DNA of 64,000 bases from Candidatus Magasanikbacteria bacterium CG10_big_fil_rev_8_21_14_0_10_47_10 (GCA_002773135.1 PFCB01000023.1:1018-65017); one strand, 5' to 3'. Counted from the stretch's first letter, positions 1 through 9,879 are shown. The notes: a model not told the origin generated them from the sequence alone. Numbers and translations are program-made.

Positions 1-254
1 ACAGTTAACCCCCCGTGCTCATCCTCCACAATGTTCAAAACGCTTGACCGTCTCCAGGCAGGCAGAAGTTTGCTGAAGAGATTCTGAAGTGACAACGCGT
101 CATACAATGGCTTTGCCGGTGCCACATGCACATACACGTATTCCCACCAGTAGGTGTCTCCATAGTCGGTTCGATGATCGTCGCGACTCGTCCCAAGTGT
201 GTGGACGCGGGTATCTTGATCCAATTCCGCCAAAATGTTTCCCAGCTTGCTCAC
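1..254 (-). CDS. Hypothetical protein, partial (runs off left edge)
   Basis: Hand translation: GTG at 254 preceded by GAGGGGG; frame open to base 1 (MSKLGNILAELDQDTRVH...EDEHGGLT). Confidence 0.5.
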   Translation of the reverse strand, partial: MSKLGNILAELDQDTRVHTLGTSRDDHRTDYGDTYWWEYVYVHVAPAKPLYDALSLQNLFSKLLPAWRRSSVLNIVEDEHGGLT

Positions 255-303
255 GTGTTCCCCCTCTTGTATAAAATCAGGAAGCCGAAAGCTTCCTAAT
301 GTG

Positions 304-385
304 TGCCGCGGGAGAGACTCGAACTCTCACCCCCGAAGGGACCTGCTCCTAAGGCAGGCGTGTATACCAATTTCACCACCACGGC
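304..385 (-). tRNA. tRNA-Leu(TAG)
   Basis: Acceptor GCCGTGG/CCGCGGC, anticodon arm CCTGC-CTTAGGA-GCAGG, long variable arm, TTCGAGT loop, discriminator A. Confidence 0.95.
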
Positions 386-452
386 ATGTTTTGTCCTATA
401 AACGAAAAAAACTATACCACAGAGGGTATAGTTTTTCAAGAGACGTATGATA

Positions 453-980
453 TTAGTGTAGCCGCACCATTAACTTCGCATAGCCGGAGAGTAACCAGCC
501 ATTATTTATCTCTCCTGACTGAATGGCGGTTTCAATTTCAACAATGGACAACCAGTGCACTTCGTGAAGTTCACCGGGCTCCGGAGCGCCCCGTTTTCCT
601 TCTGTCAGACCTGTCGCATAAAAAAATTGTGCTGTATGTTTATTTTTACCCGGGTCTATTCGCAAATCACCCAAGTCGTCCCAATGCACTGCCTCGACTC
701 CTGTTTCTTCTTTTAATTCTCTTTTGGCAGTTTCAAGCGGTGTTTCATTTTCTTCAACGCCTCCTGCTGGAAAACACCATGTCCATCCTTGAATTGGATA
801 TCGCCATTCTCGCAAAACTAAAATTTTCCCATCATCTCGTTGCGCAATGACAAACGCGCCGGCAACCGAATCCAAATAGGCATACGTACCAAAAGTTCCG
901 TCCGGCAACGCAACATCATCCAGATGAATTTTTTGCCATGTATCCTCGTGAAGGATATGCTCGTTTATTTTTTTGATCAT
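453..980 (-). CDS. NUDIX hydrolase (ADP-ribose pyrophosphatase-like)
   Basis: Nudix box GGVEENETPLETAKRELKEETG. Confidence 0.9.
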   Translation of the reverse strand: MIKKINEHILHEDTWQKIHLDDVALPDGTFGTYAYLDSVAGAFVIAQRDDGKILVLREWRYPIQGWTWCFPAGGVEENETPLETAKRELKEETGVEAVHWDDLGDLRIDPGKNKHTAQFFYATGLTEGKRGAPEPGELHEVHWLSIVEIETAIQSGEINNGWLLSGYAKLMVRLH

Positions 981-2845
981 ACCCGAATCACCACCGGCAG
1001 CACCATTGGTCGCTTTTCTGTTTTACTAAAAATAAACTGACCGATTTTATCGCGAATATCATTGCGAATTTGATCTGTGTCCGCCCATGTTTTCGGATCC
1101 GATTCCACGACCATCTTCTTTACTTTTTTTCTGACATCTTCAATCAGTTGTTTGTTATCTTTTAAAAAAACAAACCCGCGAGAAATAATATCGGGATTTT
1201 GAACCAACTGTCCGGTATGAGAATCAACCGTGGTAATAACCACAATCATTCCTTCCTCTGCCAATACTTGCCGGTCTCGCAACACCACATGCTGTGAATC
1301 CGATACACCCAAACCATCCACAAATACATACTCTGTTGGCACTTTTTCTTTTCGCAGTGTCAGCCCTTTGCTGGAAAGTTCAAACACAGATCCATTGTCC
1401 GGTACAAAAATTTTATTACTGTTAAAGCCTTGTTCCTCGGCCAACCATTTTGCTTCTTTCAAAAAGAAATGATTGGCATAGACCGGCATGTAATAGTCCG
1501 GCTTTGTCTGATCAATCATGTCAATAATATCCTGACGCGTGGCATGTCCGGAAACATGCACGTCCATAAGATCACCATGAATAACATGGTCAGCTTGTCT
1601 ATAAATATTATCTTTTATTCTCTGAATAGTCCGCTCATTGCCGGGAATAACAGAGGAAGAAAAAATGACCGTGTCTGTTTTTTTCAACTTAATGGTTCGG
1701 TGCTGCCCACTGACAATTCTATTCAGAGCTGCGTTTTCTTCACCCTGCGCGCCGGTGCAGACAATCACCACCTTATCGTCGGGATAATCCTCACTTTTGT
1801 GAATATCAATCATTGTTTTTTTATCCGGCTTGATATATCCAAGCTTGCTGGCAAGCTCAATATTTTTTTTCATGGAATATCCATCAAGTGCCACACGCTT
1901 CCCCAGTTCTCCGGCCGCGGTAATCACCCACTTCACGCGCTCCACTTGCGATCCAAATGTAGCAATGATAACGCGTCCTTTTGCCTTTTGAATAATGCTG
2001 ATCAAGTTATCGTACAGCTCTTTGTGTGTCGCATGCCGACCTTGCTTTATGGCGCCCAAACTTTCCAACATCAGCACACTAGGCCGTTTTACATCTTTCA
2101 GCTGCGTATATTTTACATGCGTACTACCATCTTCTTCACGCTCCATGGTCCAGTCTCCGGCATGGATAATGGTGCCTAGCGGTGTTTCCAACGTGGTACC
2201 AACGGAATCCATGATGGAATGTTCAACTTGAAAAAAACCGGCAGTAAATTTTCCAAGTTTGATTTTGTCTTTCAGCGACTTTACTTGCAACACTTTCAAT
2301 AGCTTCAAATCATTGCGACTATAATCTTCCACTCGGTGCTTGATCATTTCAATAGTAAGTGGCAACCCAATCACTGGTGGATACCCCAATTTTTTGAGCA
2401 ATATGGGCGCAGCGCCAATATGATCCAGATGACCGTGACTAAAAATAACACCTTTTACATTTTTTTCTTTCCCTTCAAGATACTTTATGTTGGGAATAAT
2501 GTAATCAATTCCCGGCATGTTTTCTTCCGGAAATTGTAACCCCATATCCAAAATGACAATGTCATTTTCGTACTCGAATATGGTCATGTTGCGTCCCACT
2601 TCTTCGCATCCACCAATTGGAATAATGCGAACCGTACCCTTGGCATTCTCCGGAACACGAACTCGACTCTGACCCTGAAACCGTGGAGGAAATGAGTTTT
2701 TTTGATTTCCTCCTCGATGTTGTCCACCCCCTGATGATGAACGACGATTTCTGTGTACTTTTGCCACGCTGTTTCGAGAACTTCCTCTCTGTTGCGATCC
2801 TGAATGAGATCGCCTGCGTGGTACTTGTTGTTCTGTCATATACAT
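977..2845 (-). CDS. rnj: Ribonuclease J
   Basis: GGCEEVGRNM, SHGHLDHIG metallo-beta-lactamase motif, HVSGHA, C-terminal RPMVLPVV; disordered R/S/G-rich N-terminus; start may be 2839. Confidence 0.95.
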   Translation of the reverse strand: MYMTEQQVPRRRSHSGSQQRGSSRNSVAKVHRNRRSSSGGGQHRGGNQKNSFPPRFQGQSRVRVPENAKGTVRIIPIGGCEEVGRNMTIFEYENDIVILDMGLQFPEENMPGIDYIIPNIKYLEGKEKNVKGVIFSHGHLDHIGAAPILLKKLGYPPVIGLPLTIEMIKHRVEDYSRNDLKLLKVLQVKSLKDKIKLGKFTAGFFQVEHSIMDSVGTTLETPLGTIIHAGDWTMEREEDGSTHVKYTQLKDVKRPSVLMLESLGAIKQGRHATHKELYDNLISIIQKAKGRVIIATFGSQVERVKWVITAAGELGKRVALDGYSMKKNIELASKLGYIKPDKKTMIDIHKSEDYPDDKVVIVCTGAQGEENAALNRIVSGQHRTIKLKKTDTVIFSSSVIPGNERTIQRIKDNIYRQADHVIHGDLMDVHVSGHATRQDIIDMIDQTKPDYYMPVYANHFFLKEAKWLAEEQGFNSNKIFVPDNGSVFELSSKGLTLRKEKVPTEYVFVDGLGVSDSQHVVLRDRQVLAEEGMIVVITTVDSHTGQLVQNPDIISRGFVFLKDNKQLIEDVRKKVKKMVVESDPKTWADTDQIRNDIRDKIGQFIFSKTEKRPMVLPVVIRV

Positions 2846-2935
2846 GAATCATGATGCACTTGATGCATCGCTTTAAATAAAATCCCCCCAAATGAAGAAG
2901 TCCAAAATAGACTAATTGTGCCGGAGAGAGGACTC

Positions 2936-2951
2936 CCTGCCGGCAGGCAGG
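2936..2951. repeat. Short palindromic element CCTGCCGGCAGG(CAGG)
   Basis: Inserted between TTC and GAGT of a T-loop; 15-nt identical copy at 37262-37276. Confidence 0.75.
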
Positions 2952-2989
2952 GAACCTCCACGGGATTGCTCCCACATCCTGATGCATTG

Positions 2990-3073
2990 TGCTGGAGAGA
3001 GGACTCGAACCTCCACGACCTTACGGTCACTAGCACCTGAAGCTAGCGCGTCTACCAGTTCCGCCACTCCAGC
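2990..3073 (-). tRNA. tRNA-Leu(CAG)
   Basis: Acceptor GCTGGAG/CTCCAGC, anticodon arm CTAGC-TTCAGGT-GCTAG, variable arm GACC-GTAA-GGTC, GGTTCGAGTCC. Confidence 0.96.
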
Positions 3074-3126
3074 ACAATAATCGGCATGCGTGTATACCAG
3101 TTTCACCACTCCGGCGCTTTACGTTA

Positions 3127-5112
3127 TTACTCACTCTTACTAAAATTCCACTCGCCTTTTGTCTTAATATACCACTGTGTCACGTTAGCAAATCGATCTG
3201 ACGGATGAAAAATTCTTTCCACGTGAATTCCTTTGATCTTGTCTGACGTGGCGTACCGATATGTCGGTGTGTGCAAAAAAATAGCCGGTCGATCCTTGAA
3301 AATCTTTTCCTGAAATTCCGTGTACACTTTCGCAAGCTCTTCCTGATTATCTGTTTCACGCGCTTTCACCAAAAGCTCATCAACAGAGCGATTCACATAT
3401 TGCGATAAATTGAGACCAGGAAAGTCAACTTGACTGGAATGCCAAAACGGATACTGGTCAGGATCAGAGCCAATGATGAAGCCATACAAAAGTACATCAT
3501 AATTTCTCTCGCGTAGGACTTCCCGAGGGATCTCTTTTGGTGAAATAAATCGAATATTCGTTTTAATACCCAATTCTTGCCAAAATCCCGCTATCAATCC
3601 GGCGGCCTGCCTATATTCCGTCACATCCGCCGTAACCAGGTTAAGCTGCAGGACGTCCCCATCCTCATTTTGCCGATAAAATAGCTGCGCCTCATTTAAC
3701 TCCAATGCCAGTCGAGCGTCAATAGTGGACTCCAACTCAGCATTCATCGACGTTGTGTTTTCCTCGGTCGAGGATGCCATGGGAAATTGATCTGCCAATT
3801 CCAGTCGTAGTCGTTCACGCTGTTTCTCCGCATACGCGTCAGAAGAAACGCGTTTCCATTTTTTATCCAACAGCTCATTTGCCTGCTCCACCGAATACGG
3901 CGTTTTTTCTATCTCTTCCGAAAAGCCGGGGAAACCGGGGAGTACAGGACTATAGATGACCCGGCCTCCCTCTTCCAAACTTTCACGCAATATACGTTCT
4001 TTGTCCAGGGCATATGCCAGTGCATTGCGAACATCCACGTCAGCTAGATATGGCTGCTTCTTTTGATTGAAAAAAAGTGCGGTGTACTGTGGAAGCTGCA
4101 ACGTGTGAATTTGAATATGTTTCCGAGTCACCGAATCTTTTAGATCGGCCGGAACAAAGTGAAGCCCATCGACTTTTTGCTGTCTGAGCGCCTGAATAGC
4201 GCCAAGATCTGTTCCATAATCACCAAAAAATTGAAACACAAATTCTTGGATATACGGCGGATTCCGATAATATGACTCATTTCTACTTAACTCATATCTG
4301 AATACAAATCCTGTATCGTCCTTTGCCAACTTATGAAACGTATATGGACCTGTACCAACCGGCTGCAAATTAGTCTTTGCCAGCTTTATTTGCTCGTATG
4401 GAATATTGATCCATATGTGCTCCGGTAAAATGCCCAGTGTGAGGCTCGACAAAAACGGCTGAAACTGATCTGCCAAGACAAAGGATACAGTATAGTCATC
4501 AATCACCTGCACATGAATCCCCTGAAAACTAACCTGGAGCGGACTGCCAACATCCGGATCTTGTATCGCCTCAAAGGTAAACGCGACATCATGCGCGGTA
4601 AATGGTTCTCCATCATGCCAGACAACATCTTGACGCAGTGAAAAAGTGTACGTTTTTTTATCCTCACTAATGGTATACGACTCGGCAAGATCCGGCATGA
4701 GCTGCAAATTTTCGTCGTAATACATTAAGCCGGAATACACCAGACGGACGAGGTCGCGGTCAACATCGTTCACATTTGCGAACAGCGGATTCACTAACTT
4801 GGGTGAACCCACCACGGCTTCCACATAGGCTCCCCCAACAGCCGGCACTTCCATTCGATAAGCTCCGGTCACCTCAATTCCCGACCACACAATAGCTGCT
4901 ATGAGAATGACGGTTGCGCCTCTCAAAATAAAAAACTCCTGCCGAGTCAGCACTTTGCGAACATAGCGCAACTGACGAAACGCAGGCATTTTTTTGCCAC
5001 TCACCTTCTTGAGCAGTTTCAAATCATGACGCTTGGAAAGAAGCGGCTTACTTTTCTTACTCCGAGAACGTCGCACTTTGGACGCGAGTGATGAAATAAA
5101 AGAAAATTTCAC
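3127..5112 (-). CDS. Peptide ABC transporter substrate-binding protein (family 5, OppA/DppA-like)
   Basis: PDLAESYTISEDKKTYTFSLRQDVVWHDGEPFTAHDVAFT, PVGTGPY; N-terminal TM anchor. Confidence 0.92.
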   Translation of the reverse strand: MKFSFISSLASKVRRSRSKKSKPLLSKRHDLKLLKKVSGKKMPAFRQLRYVRKVLTRQEFFILRGATVILIAAIVWSGIEVTGAYRMEVPAVGGAYVEAVVGSPKLVNPLFANVNDVDRDLVRLVYSGLMYYDENLQLMPDLAESYTISEDKKTYTFSLRQDVVWHDGEPFTAHDVAFTFEAIQDPDVGSPLQVSFQGIHVQVIDDYTVSFVLADQFQPFLSSLTLGILPEHIWINIPYEQIKLAKTNLQPVGTGPYTFHKLAKDDTGFVFRYELSRNESYYRNPPYIQEFVFQFFGDYGTDLGAIQALRQQKVDGLHFVPADLKDSVTRKHIQIHTLQLPQYTALFFNQKKQPYLADVDVRNALAYALDKERILRESLEEGGRVIYSPVLPGFPGFSEEIEKTPYSVEQANELLDKKWKRVSSDAYAEKQRERLRLELADQFPMASSTEENTTSMNAELESTIDARLALELNEAQLFYRQNEDGDVLQLNLVTADVTEYRQAAGLIAGFWQELGIKTNIRFISPKEIPREVLRERNYDVLLYGFIIGSDPDQYPFWHSSQVDFPGLNLSQYVNRSVDELLVKARETDNQEELAKVYTEFQEKIFKDRPAIFLHTPTYRYATSDKIKGIHVERIFHPSDRFANVTQWYIKTKGEWNFSKSE

Positions 5113-5173
5113 ATTGGTACGTCAACAGACTATGGTAACAGCACCCGGCTGTTAACCAAAACCTGCTGTCAAG

Positions 5174-5398
5174 TTAGACGAAAATGCGCGCGACAGCGAG
5201 CGCAAAGAAGACAATCGCGATCACAATGGTCGCGCGGTGTAAAAAGAGGTCGACACCTCTTTTTGTATGAACAATCGGACCACTGCCGCCACCAAAACCG
5301 GCACCCATACCCGCCCCCTTTTGCTGGATCAGGATAACAGCGATAAGCACAATTGATGTAAAGATTTGCAATGCTTGTATAACCGAAACAATTGACAT
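5174..5398 (-). CDS. secG: Preprotein translocase subunit SecG
   Basis: Two TM helices flanking LIQQKGAGMGAGFGGG. Confidence 0.92.
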   Translation of the reverse strand: MSIVSVIQALQIFTSIVLIAVILIQQKGAGMGAGFGGGSGPIVHTKRGVDLFLHRATIVIAIVFFALAVARIFV

Positions 5399-5542
5399 AA
5401 ACAGAAGTTACATTCGTACACCAGAGTATAGCCCAACGGTCAAAAAAAATCAAGCCCCGACGCTAAATATGTGTCAGCCGTCATGAATGATCATACCATG
5501 TCTTATGATTATTTGGCTTCATTAACACATATATGGCGTGTA

Positions 5543-5571
5543 TTGACATCCAAGAAGCTCTGTAGTATACT
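5543..5571 (+). promoter_or_regulatory. sigma70 promoter of rpmE
   Basis: TTGACA-17 nt-TATACT. Confidence 0.75.
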
Positions 5572-5588
5572 TTTGCCACTATTATCCT

Positions 5589-5933
5589 ATGAAACAAGAT
5601 ATCCATCCAACAACCCATCCCGTCATTTTTGTCGACACCTCCTGCGGAGCCGAATTTATGACACACTCAACACTCAAATCCGAGGAAACTCGCTCAATCG
5701 ACGGAACAGACCATTATATTATTAACGTCGAAATCTCTTCCGCGTCTCATCCTTTTTACACCGGCAAGCAAATTCTTGTCGACACCGCGCGGCGGGTGGA
5801 AAAATTCGCTGAAAAGATGAAAATGCAAGAAAAAAAGGCCGCGGTTAGAAAAGGAAAAAAAGTAAAGCGAGCCACTCGGGCCAAAGCAAAAAATTCTGAG
5901 GCGAATAGCGAGGAAAGCAAGGACTCAAAATAG
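5589..5933 (+). CDS. rpmE: 50S ribosomal protein L31 (type B-like) with Lys-rich tail
   Basis: MKQDIHP, VEISSASHPFYTGKQ, RVEKF. Confidence 0.95.
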   Translation: MKQDIHPTTHPVIFVDTSCGAEFMTHSTLKSEETRSIDGTDHYIINVEISSASHPFYTGKQILVDTARRVEKFAEKMKMQEKKAAVRKGKKVKRATRAKAKNSEANSEESKDSK

Positions 5934-5948
5934 CGAAATACATAACAA

Positions 5949-5974
5949 GCAGGCTCGTTTGAGTCTGTTTTTTT
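5949..5974 (+). terminator. Intrinsic terminator
   Basis: GCAGGCTC-GTTT-GAGTCTGT + T tract. Confidence 0.65.
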
Positions 5975-5999
5975 ATAGGAACTCTATAGACAACAACAT

Positions 6000-7058
6000 A
6001 TGAACAATAAATACACCGAATTCCTCAAGACATTTAATCAACTGGAGGCTGATCTATCCGATCCGACCGTGCTTCATGACTCCAAAAAATTGCAAAAAAC
6101 GTCAGAAATCTATAGCGAGATGAAAGAGACAGCACAAAAAATAAAAGACTTGCTTTCACTCGAATCACAACACTTGGACGCGCTGAAAATGGCCGCAAGT
6201 GACGATCAAGGAATGAAAGAAATGGCAGAGCAAGAAGCGGATGAGCTACAGACGAAAGCCGATCTGCTTGAAAAAGAACTGGAGGAAATGACTCGGTCAG
6301 CGGACCCAATGGATAAAAAGGACATTATTGTTGAAATTCGCGCGGGCGCAGGTGGCGATGAAGCCGCACTGTTTGCCGGTGATCTCATGCGCATGTACAT
6401 GCGCTATGCCGAACAAAAAAATTGGAAAACTGCTTTGGTTGACGCCAGTCAAATCGGTCTGGGAGGCTATAAAGAAGTGATCTTTGAAATACACGGAAAG
6501 GATGTCTACAAAAACATGAAGTATGAAATGGGCGTCCACCGCGTGCAGCGCGTGCCGGAAACAGAAAAACAAGGCCGTATTCATACATCCACCGCGAGCG
6601 TCGCGATACTGCCGGAGGTGGAAGAAACGGAAATTACCATCAACCCGAATGATTTGCGAATTGACACATTCATGTCCGGCGGCAAAGGCGGGCAGAGCGT
6701 CAACACCACCTATTCCGCTGTACGCATCACGCATATACCCAGCGGCATTGTGGCACAATGTCAGGATGAACGCTCTCAGCAACAAAACAGAATCAAAGCC
6801 ATGAATGTGCTTCGCGCGCGCTTGTTCGAGATGGAACAAGAGAAGAGGCAGTCAGCAATTGACGCGAAAAGACGCAATCAAATCGGATCGGGCGACAGAA
6901 GTGAAAAAATTCGCACGTACAATTTTCCGCAGGACCGAATCACGGACCATCGCATCAAAGAAAGCTGGAATAATATTGTAACCATTTTAAACGGCCAGCT
7001 TGAACCGGTAATAGACGCACTACGAGCGGCTGACTATAAACAAAAAGACGCCGGGTAA
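6000..7058 (+). CDS. prfA: Peptide chain release factor 1
   Basis: [12 protein letters not shown] (PxT), [20 protein letters not shown]. Confidence 0.97.
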   Translation: MNNKYTEFLKTFNQLEADLSDPTVLHDSKKLQKTSEIYSEMKETAQKIKDLLSLESQHLDALKMAASDDQGMKEMAEQEADELQTKADLLEKELEEMTRSADPMDKKDIIVEIRAGAGGDEAALFAGDLMRMYMRYAEQKNWKTALVDASQIGLGGYKEVIFEIHGKDVYKNMKYEMGVHRVQRVPETEKQGRIHTSTASVAILPEVEETEITINPNDLRIDTFMSGGKGGQSVNTTYSAVRITHIPSGIVAQCQDERSQQQNRIKAMNVLRARLFEMEQEKRQSAIDAKRRNQIGSGDRSEKIRTYNFPQDRITDHRIKESWNNIVTILNGQLEPVIDALRAADYKQKDAG

Positions 7059-7073
7059 TGAGCAAATGATCAA

Positions 7074-7253
7074 CTACCGTTCCCGTATCCACTGCCACGC
7101 GCTCACATGAACAGTGTACTGCGCATGCGAATTCCCTTCCGGACTAAACACCTCGAGTGACTGGGTCTGGGGGATGTACGGCACAAAGAACGCCAGTCCC
7201 AACGCCACCAGCAGCGCGGCAACGACACAAAAGATGAGGATATTTTTTTTCAT
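7074..7253 (-). CDS. Small membrane protein
   Basis: MKKNILIF followed by a hydrophobic helix. Confidence 0.5.
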   Translation of the reverse strand: MKKNILIFCVVAALLVALGLAFFVPYIPQTQSLEVFSPEGNSHAQYTVHVSAWQWIRER

Positions 7254-7307
7254 AGTGGGTGCAGGGACTGCCGCCATAGGCCGCAGTCATGCTCTTTTAA
7301 AAAATAA

Positions 7308-8057
7308 TTATTCTACAATTGCTTTATTCATTTGCGCGTCAATTTCTTTTTCCACCTGCTCATACCAAAATCCATAACCAATTGAGCTGGGATGAAAAAA
7401 GTCAGCGGCATAATACTTGTCAGCATACAGCTCAAACGGATCTTTGTCAGCTTCTCGCCAGATATCAACGTAGCGCGCGCCGTTGGCAGGCGCGATGCGC
7501 TGGTATATGGCGCGAACGCGCGCCGTTCGATACGTGTAAAGTTTGCGAAGAGGCAGCGGGAAAAGCGTCGCGCTCCCAATGTTGCCGCCGTGCAGCAAAA
7601 TGACAGCATCCGCCATGGAATGAGCCGTTTGCAGTAACGATAACGCCTGCTTTTCAATCTGTGAAAAAGGCGTGAGACGAACAATATCGTTTCCGCCGGC
7701 CTGAATGACAATCAAATCAAAATGCTGACCCTCAAATTCTTGAAACTGCGAGAGGGCATCATGTACCTTGTCGCCATTGTGCCCACGATTGATAATGTCA
7801 GCAGTCGGAAATCGAGCACCAAGCCTCCCTGCTACACTCTCTAGAGGACTACTCGCGCCCACGCCAACTGCAGAGCTGTCACCGATAAACAAAACACGTA
7901 TTGTGGAATCGACAGGATGTTGCTCGTAGGCATTCGCGCGCGCCGCGAGTTCCGTGCCGATGGAAACCAGTGATCGAAATCGTATAACGTTCCACGCAAC
8001 AAAAAAAAAGATACTGATCCCTCCACACAAAAGTATTATTCTGGTGCTGCTCATCAT
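7308..8057 (-). CDS. SGNH/GDSL hydrolase, membrane anchored
   Basis: FIGDSSAVG, GGND, DFFHPS. Confidence 0.9.
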   Translation of the reverse strand: MMSSTRIILLCGGISIFFFVAWNVIRFRSLVSIGTELAARANAYEQHPVDSTIRVLFIGDSSAVGVGASSPLESVAGRLGARFPTADIINRGHNGDKVHDALSQFQEFEGQHFDLIVIQAGGNDIVRLTPFSQIEKQALSLLQTAHSMADAVILLHGGNIGSATLFPLPLRKLYTYRTARVRAIYQRIAPANGARYVDIWREADKDPFELYADKYYAADFFHPSSIGYGFWYEQVEKEIDAQMNKAIVE

Positions 8058-8085
8058 TTTATGATAGCACAAGGCACGATGGAAA

Positions 8086-8457
8086 TTAACGTCCGTTGTC
8101 AACACTGCCCTCTTTGAAAACAACATTTACAAACGCGAGGTATGGCTCGCTGGCAAATGAAAATGTTTTAACGTCCGCAGTCCCTGACACGAGACTTCCA
8201 TCTTTTGTTTTGAGGCTTTGCGAATCTTTCCCGTCCACGTCCCAAAATAAGTGATTGATAAGCCCGGCAATAAGCGCGGGGTGGACGTCAAAAACAGAAC
8301 GCAAACTTTTATCAACCATTTCGTCCTGCGTGTACCCCAGGCGTCCGGCAAACTGCCGACTCACCCAAATGAACTGCATGGTAAAAACACTGACTATCAC
8401 ATCCAAACGATCAAACTTCTGCATCGCGTATGACACAACGGCCGTTTCACCTGACAT
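8086..8457 (-). CDS. Stand-alone PAS-domain protein
   Basis: FIWVSRQFAGRLGYTQDEMVDKSL and LKTKDGS PAS/PAC patterns; start uncertain. Confidence 0.7.
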   Translation of the reverse strand: MSGETAVVSYAMQKFDRLDVIVSVFTMQFIWVSRQFAGRLGYTQDEMVDKSLRSVFDVHPALIAGLINHLFWDVDGKDSQSLKTKDGSLVSGTADVKTFSFASEPYLAFVNVVFKEGSVDNGR

Positions 8458-8488
8458 AGAATCATCAATCACTAATAGATAAAATAAT

Positions 8489-9394
8489 ATGATCACAGTG
8501 CATTCCATTTTGGAGCAGCACGCCAATGTTCCGATCTTCGAAAAAGAAATGCTTCTTGCTTTTTCAACGCGCCATTCGCGCGAATTTATTATGTCACACC
8601 CAAATGAAGAAATACTTAAGCGTCAGGCCCGTGCGTACGCGCGGCTTTTAAAAAAAAGAGAAGCCGGATGGTCTGTGGCACATATTTTGGGAAAAAAAGA
8701 ATTTTTTGAGCTGAATTTTTTTGTAAATAAACACACGCTTATTCCGCGCCCTGAGACGGAACTATTGGTCTGGCTTGCACTGAAAAGACTTGAGTCGACA
8801 GACGGCAGACGGCTGACAACCGTGATTGATGTCGGCACCGGAAGCGGCTGTATCTCAATTGCAATTGCGCGGTCAATGCGGAAATCCGGTATATACGAAC
8901 ATATTGATTTTTTTGGCATAGACACATCCCGCCCGGCCCTGCGCGTCGCAAAAAAGAACGCGGCGCTCCACGACACACATATCACATTTTTACACGGCAA
9001 CCTGCTCGAACCAATCACAAACAAACAGGCGGCAACTGGCAACGAAAATCTTCTGATTACAGCAAATCTCCCCTACCTGACGCAGGAGCAATTTGATGAA
9101 GAACCGTCCATTCACCGTGAACCGCTGTCCGCGCTTGTCGCAAAAGAAGGTGGTCTTTTCTTTTACAAAAGGCTTCTTAAACAGCTCCGACAAATCATGG
9201 TTGACCGCACGCCGTCCACCGTCACTTTATTTATGGAGATCGACCCTTCTCAGTCTCGCATGCTTTCACACATCTCGACATCTATCTTTCCAAACGCGGC
9301 AGTTGCCACCCACAAAGATCTTGCCGGTCATGACCGAGTAGTGGAAATATTGATTGACGCCACACCGACAAAAGTTCTTTCGCTCGCAGAATAA
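8489..9394 (+). CDS. prmC: Release factor glutamine methyltransferase
   Basis: LIPRPETE, DVGTGSG, ANLPY, KDLAGHDRV; near prfA. Confidence 0.95.
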   Translation: MITVHSILEQHANVPIFEKEMLLAFSTRHSREFIMSHPNEEILKRQARAYARLLKKREAGWSVAHILGKKEFFELNFFVNKHTLIPRPETELLVWLALKRLESTDGRRLTTVIDVGTGSGCISIAIARSMRKSGIYEHIDFFGIDTSRPALRVAKKNAALHDTHITFLHGNLLEPITNKQAATGNENLLITANLPYLTQEQFDEEPSIHREPLSALVAKEGGLFFYKRLLKQLRQIMVDRTPSTVTLFMEIDPSQSRMLSHISTSIFPNAAVATHKDLAGHDRVVEILIDATPTKVLSLAE

Positions 9395-9420
9395 AAAAAC
9401 ACTCGCAAGAGTGATTTTTT
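9394..9420. terminator. Bidirectional terminator
   Basis: A tract-CACTC-GCAA-GAGTG-T tract between convergent genes. Confidence 0.7.
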
Positions 9421-9487
9421 GTATTGAATGGTTGCCCCCGTGTCTGGCGAACCGCATGAGGTTGCGGACACGGGGGAGGCGGGAGGG

Positions 9488-9823
9488 TCAGGACGCCGGT
9501 CGGAACTGAATCGTGATCGTGTACACGTTCGGGAGCGTATCATCGGCAGCGCTCTTCGATGCCAGGACCTTGAGCTCACTGACCAAGCGGCCAGTGGGCA
9601 GCTGAAGCCCGTTCAAGACGCTGACGAACCAGGCCGCAATCGCCTCCTCATGTTTCGAATTGATGTCCGGCACCTGCATCAAGATGATGGCCGTGCCACC
9701 GCGCGACGCACACGCGTAGTTCACAACCGCGGCAACAGCCGGAAGCAGTGTTCCATCCTCTTGAAGGTCGGCCGCGGCGATGAACGGCATGTCCTTCTCG
9801 AGCAGCTTCTCCCTCACGTCCAT
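9488..9823 (-). CDS. Hypothetical protein, GC-rich
   Basis: 111-aa ORF with AAGGAG SD and own promoter. Confidence 0.6.
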   Translation of the reverse strand: MDVREKLLEKDMPFIAAADLQEDGTLLPAVAAVVNYACASRGGTAIILMQVPDINSKHEEAIAAWFVSVLNGLQLPTGRLVSELKVLASKSAADDTLPNVYTITIQFRPAS

Positions 9824-9879
9824 CTTTCATCTCCTTGTCTAAGACGCCCGGCAATACCGAGCGGTCCAATGGACGTAGG

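Larger units (their letters stand above)
2919..3115 (-). pseudogene. Split tRNA-Leu-like shell enclosing an intact tRNA (5' half ~3115-3083, 3' half ~2980-2919); no anticodon; 16-nt T-loop insertion
   Basis: 5' GCCGGAGTGGTGAAACTGGTATACACGCATGCC; 3' GGATGTGGGAGCAATCCCGTGGAGGTTC[CCTGCCTGCCGGCAGG]GAGTCCTCTCTCCGGCA; acceptor GCCGGAG/CTCCGGC pairs perfectly. Confidence 0.8.

Noticed and set aside
54-66. CAGGCAGGCAG as another copy of the palindromic repeat
   Set aside because: Only a half match, and it lies within a coding frame (LLPAW)
2919-2990. Prophage/island att site (duplicated tRNA 3' end)
   Set aside because: The fragment has its own matching 5' half on the other side and differs from the intact tRNA; no integrase or cargo is present
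2981-3082. Group I intron in the tRNA anticodon loop
   Set aside because: The insert is about 100 nt and is fully explained by a tRNA plus short linkers; no catalytic core
9435-9476. Integron attC site
   Set aside because: A bulged hairpin, but no RYYYAAC/GTTRRRY ends and no integrase
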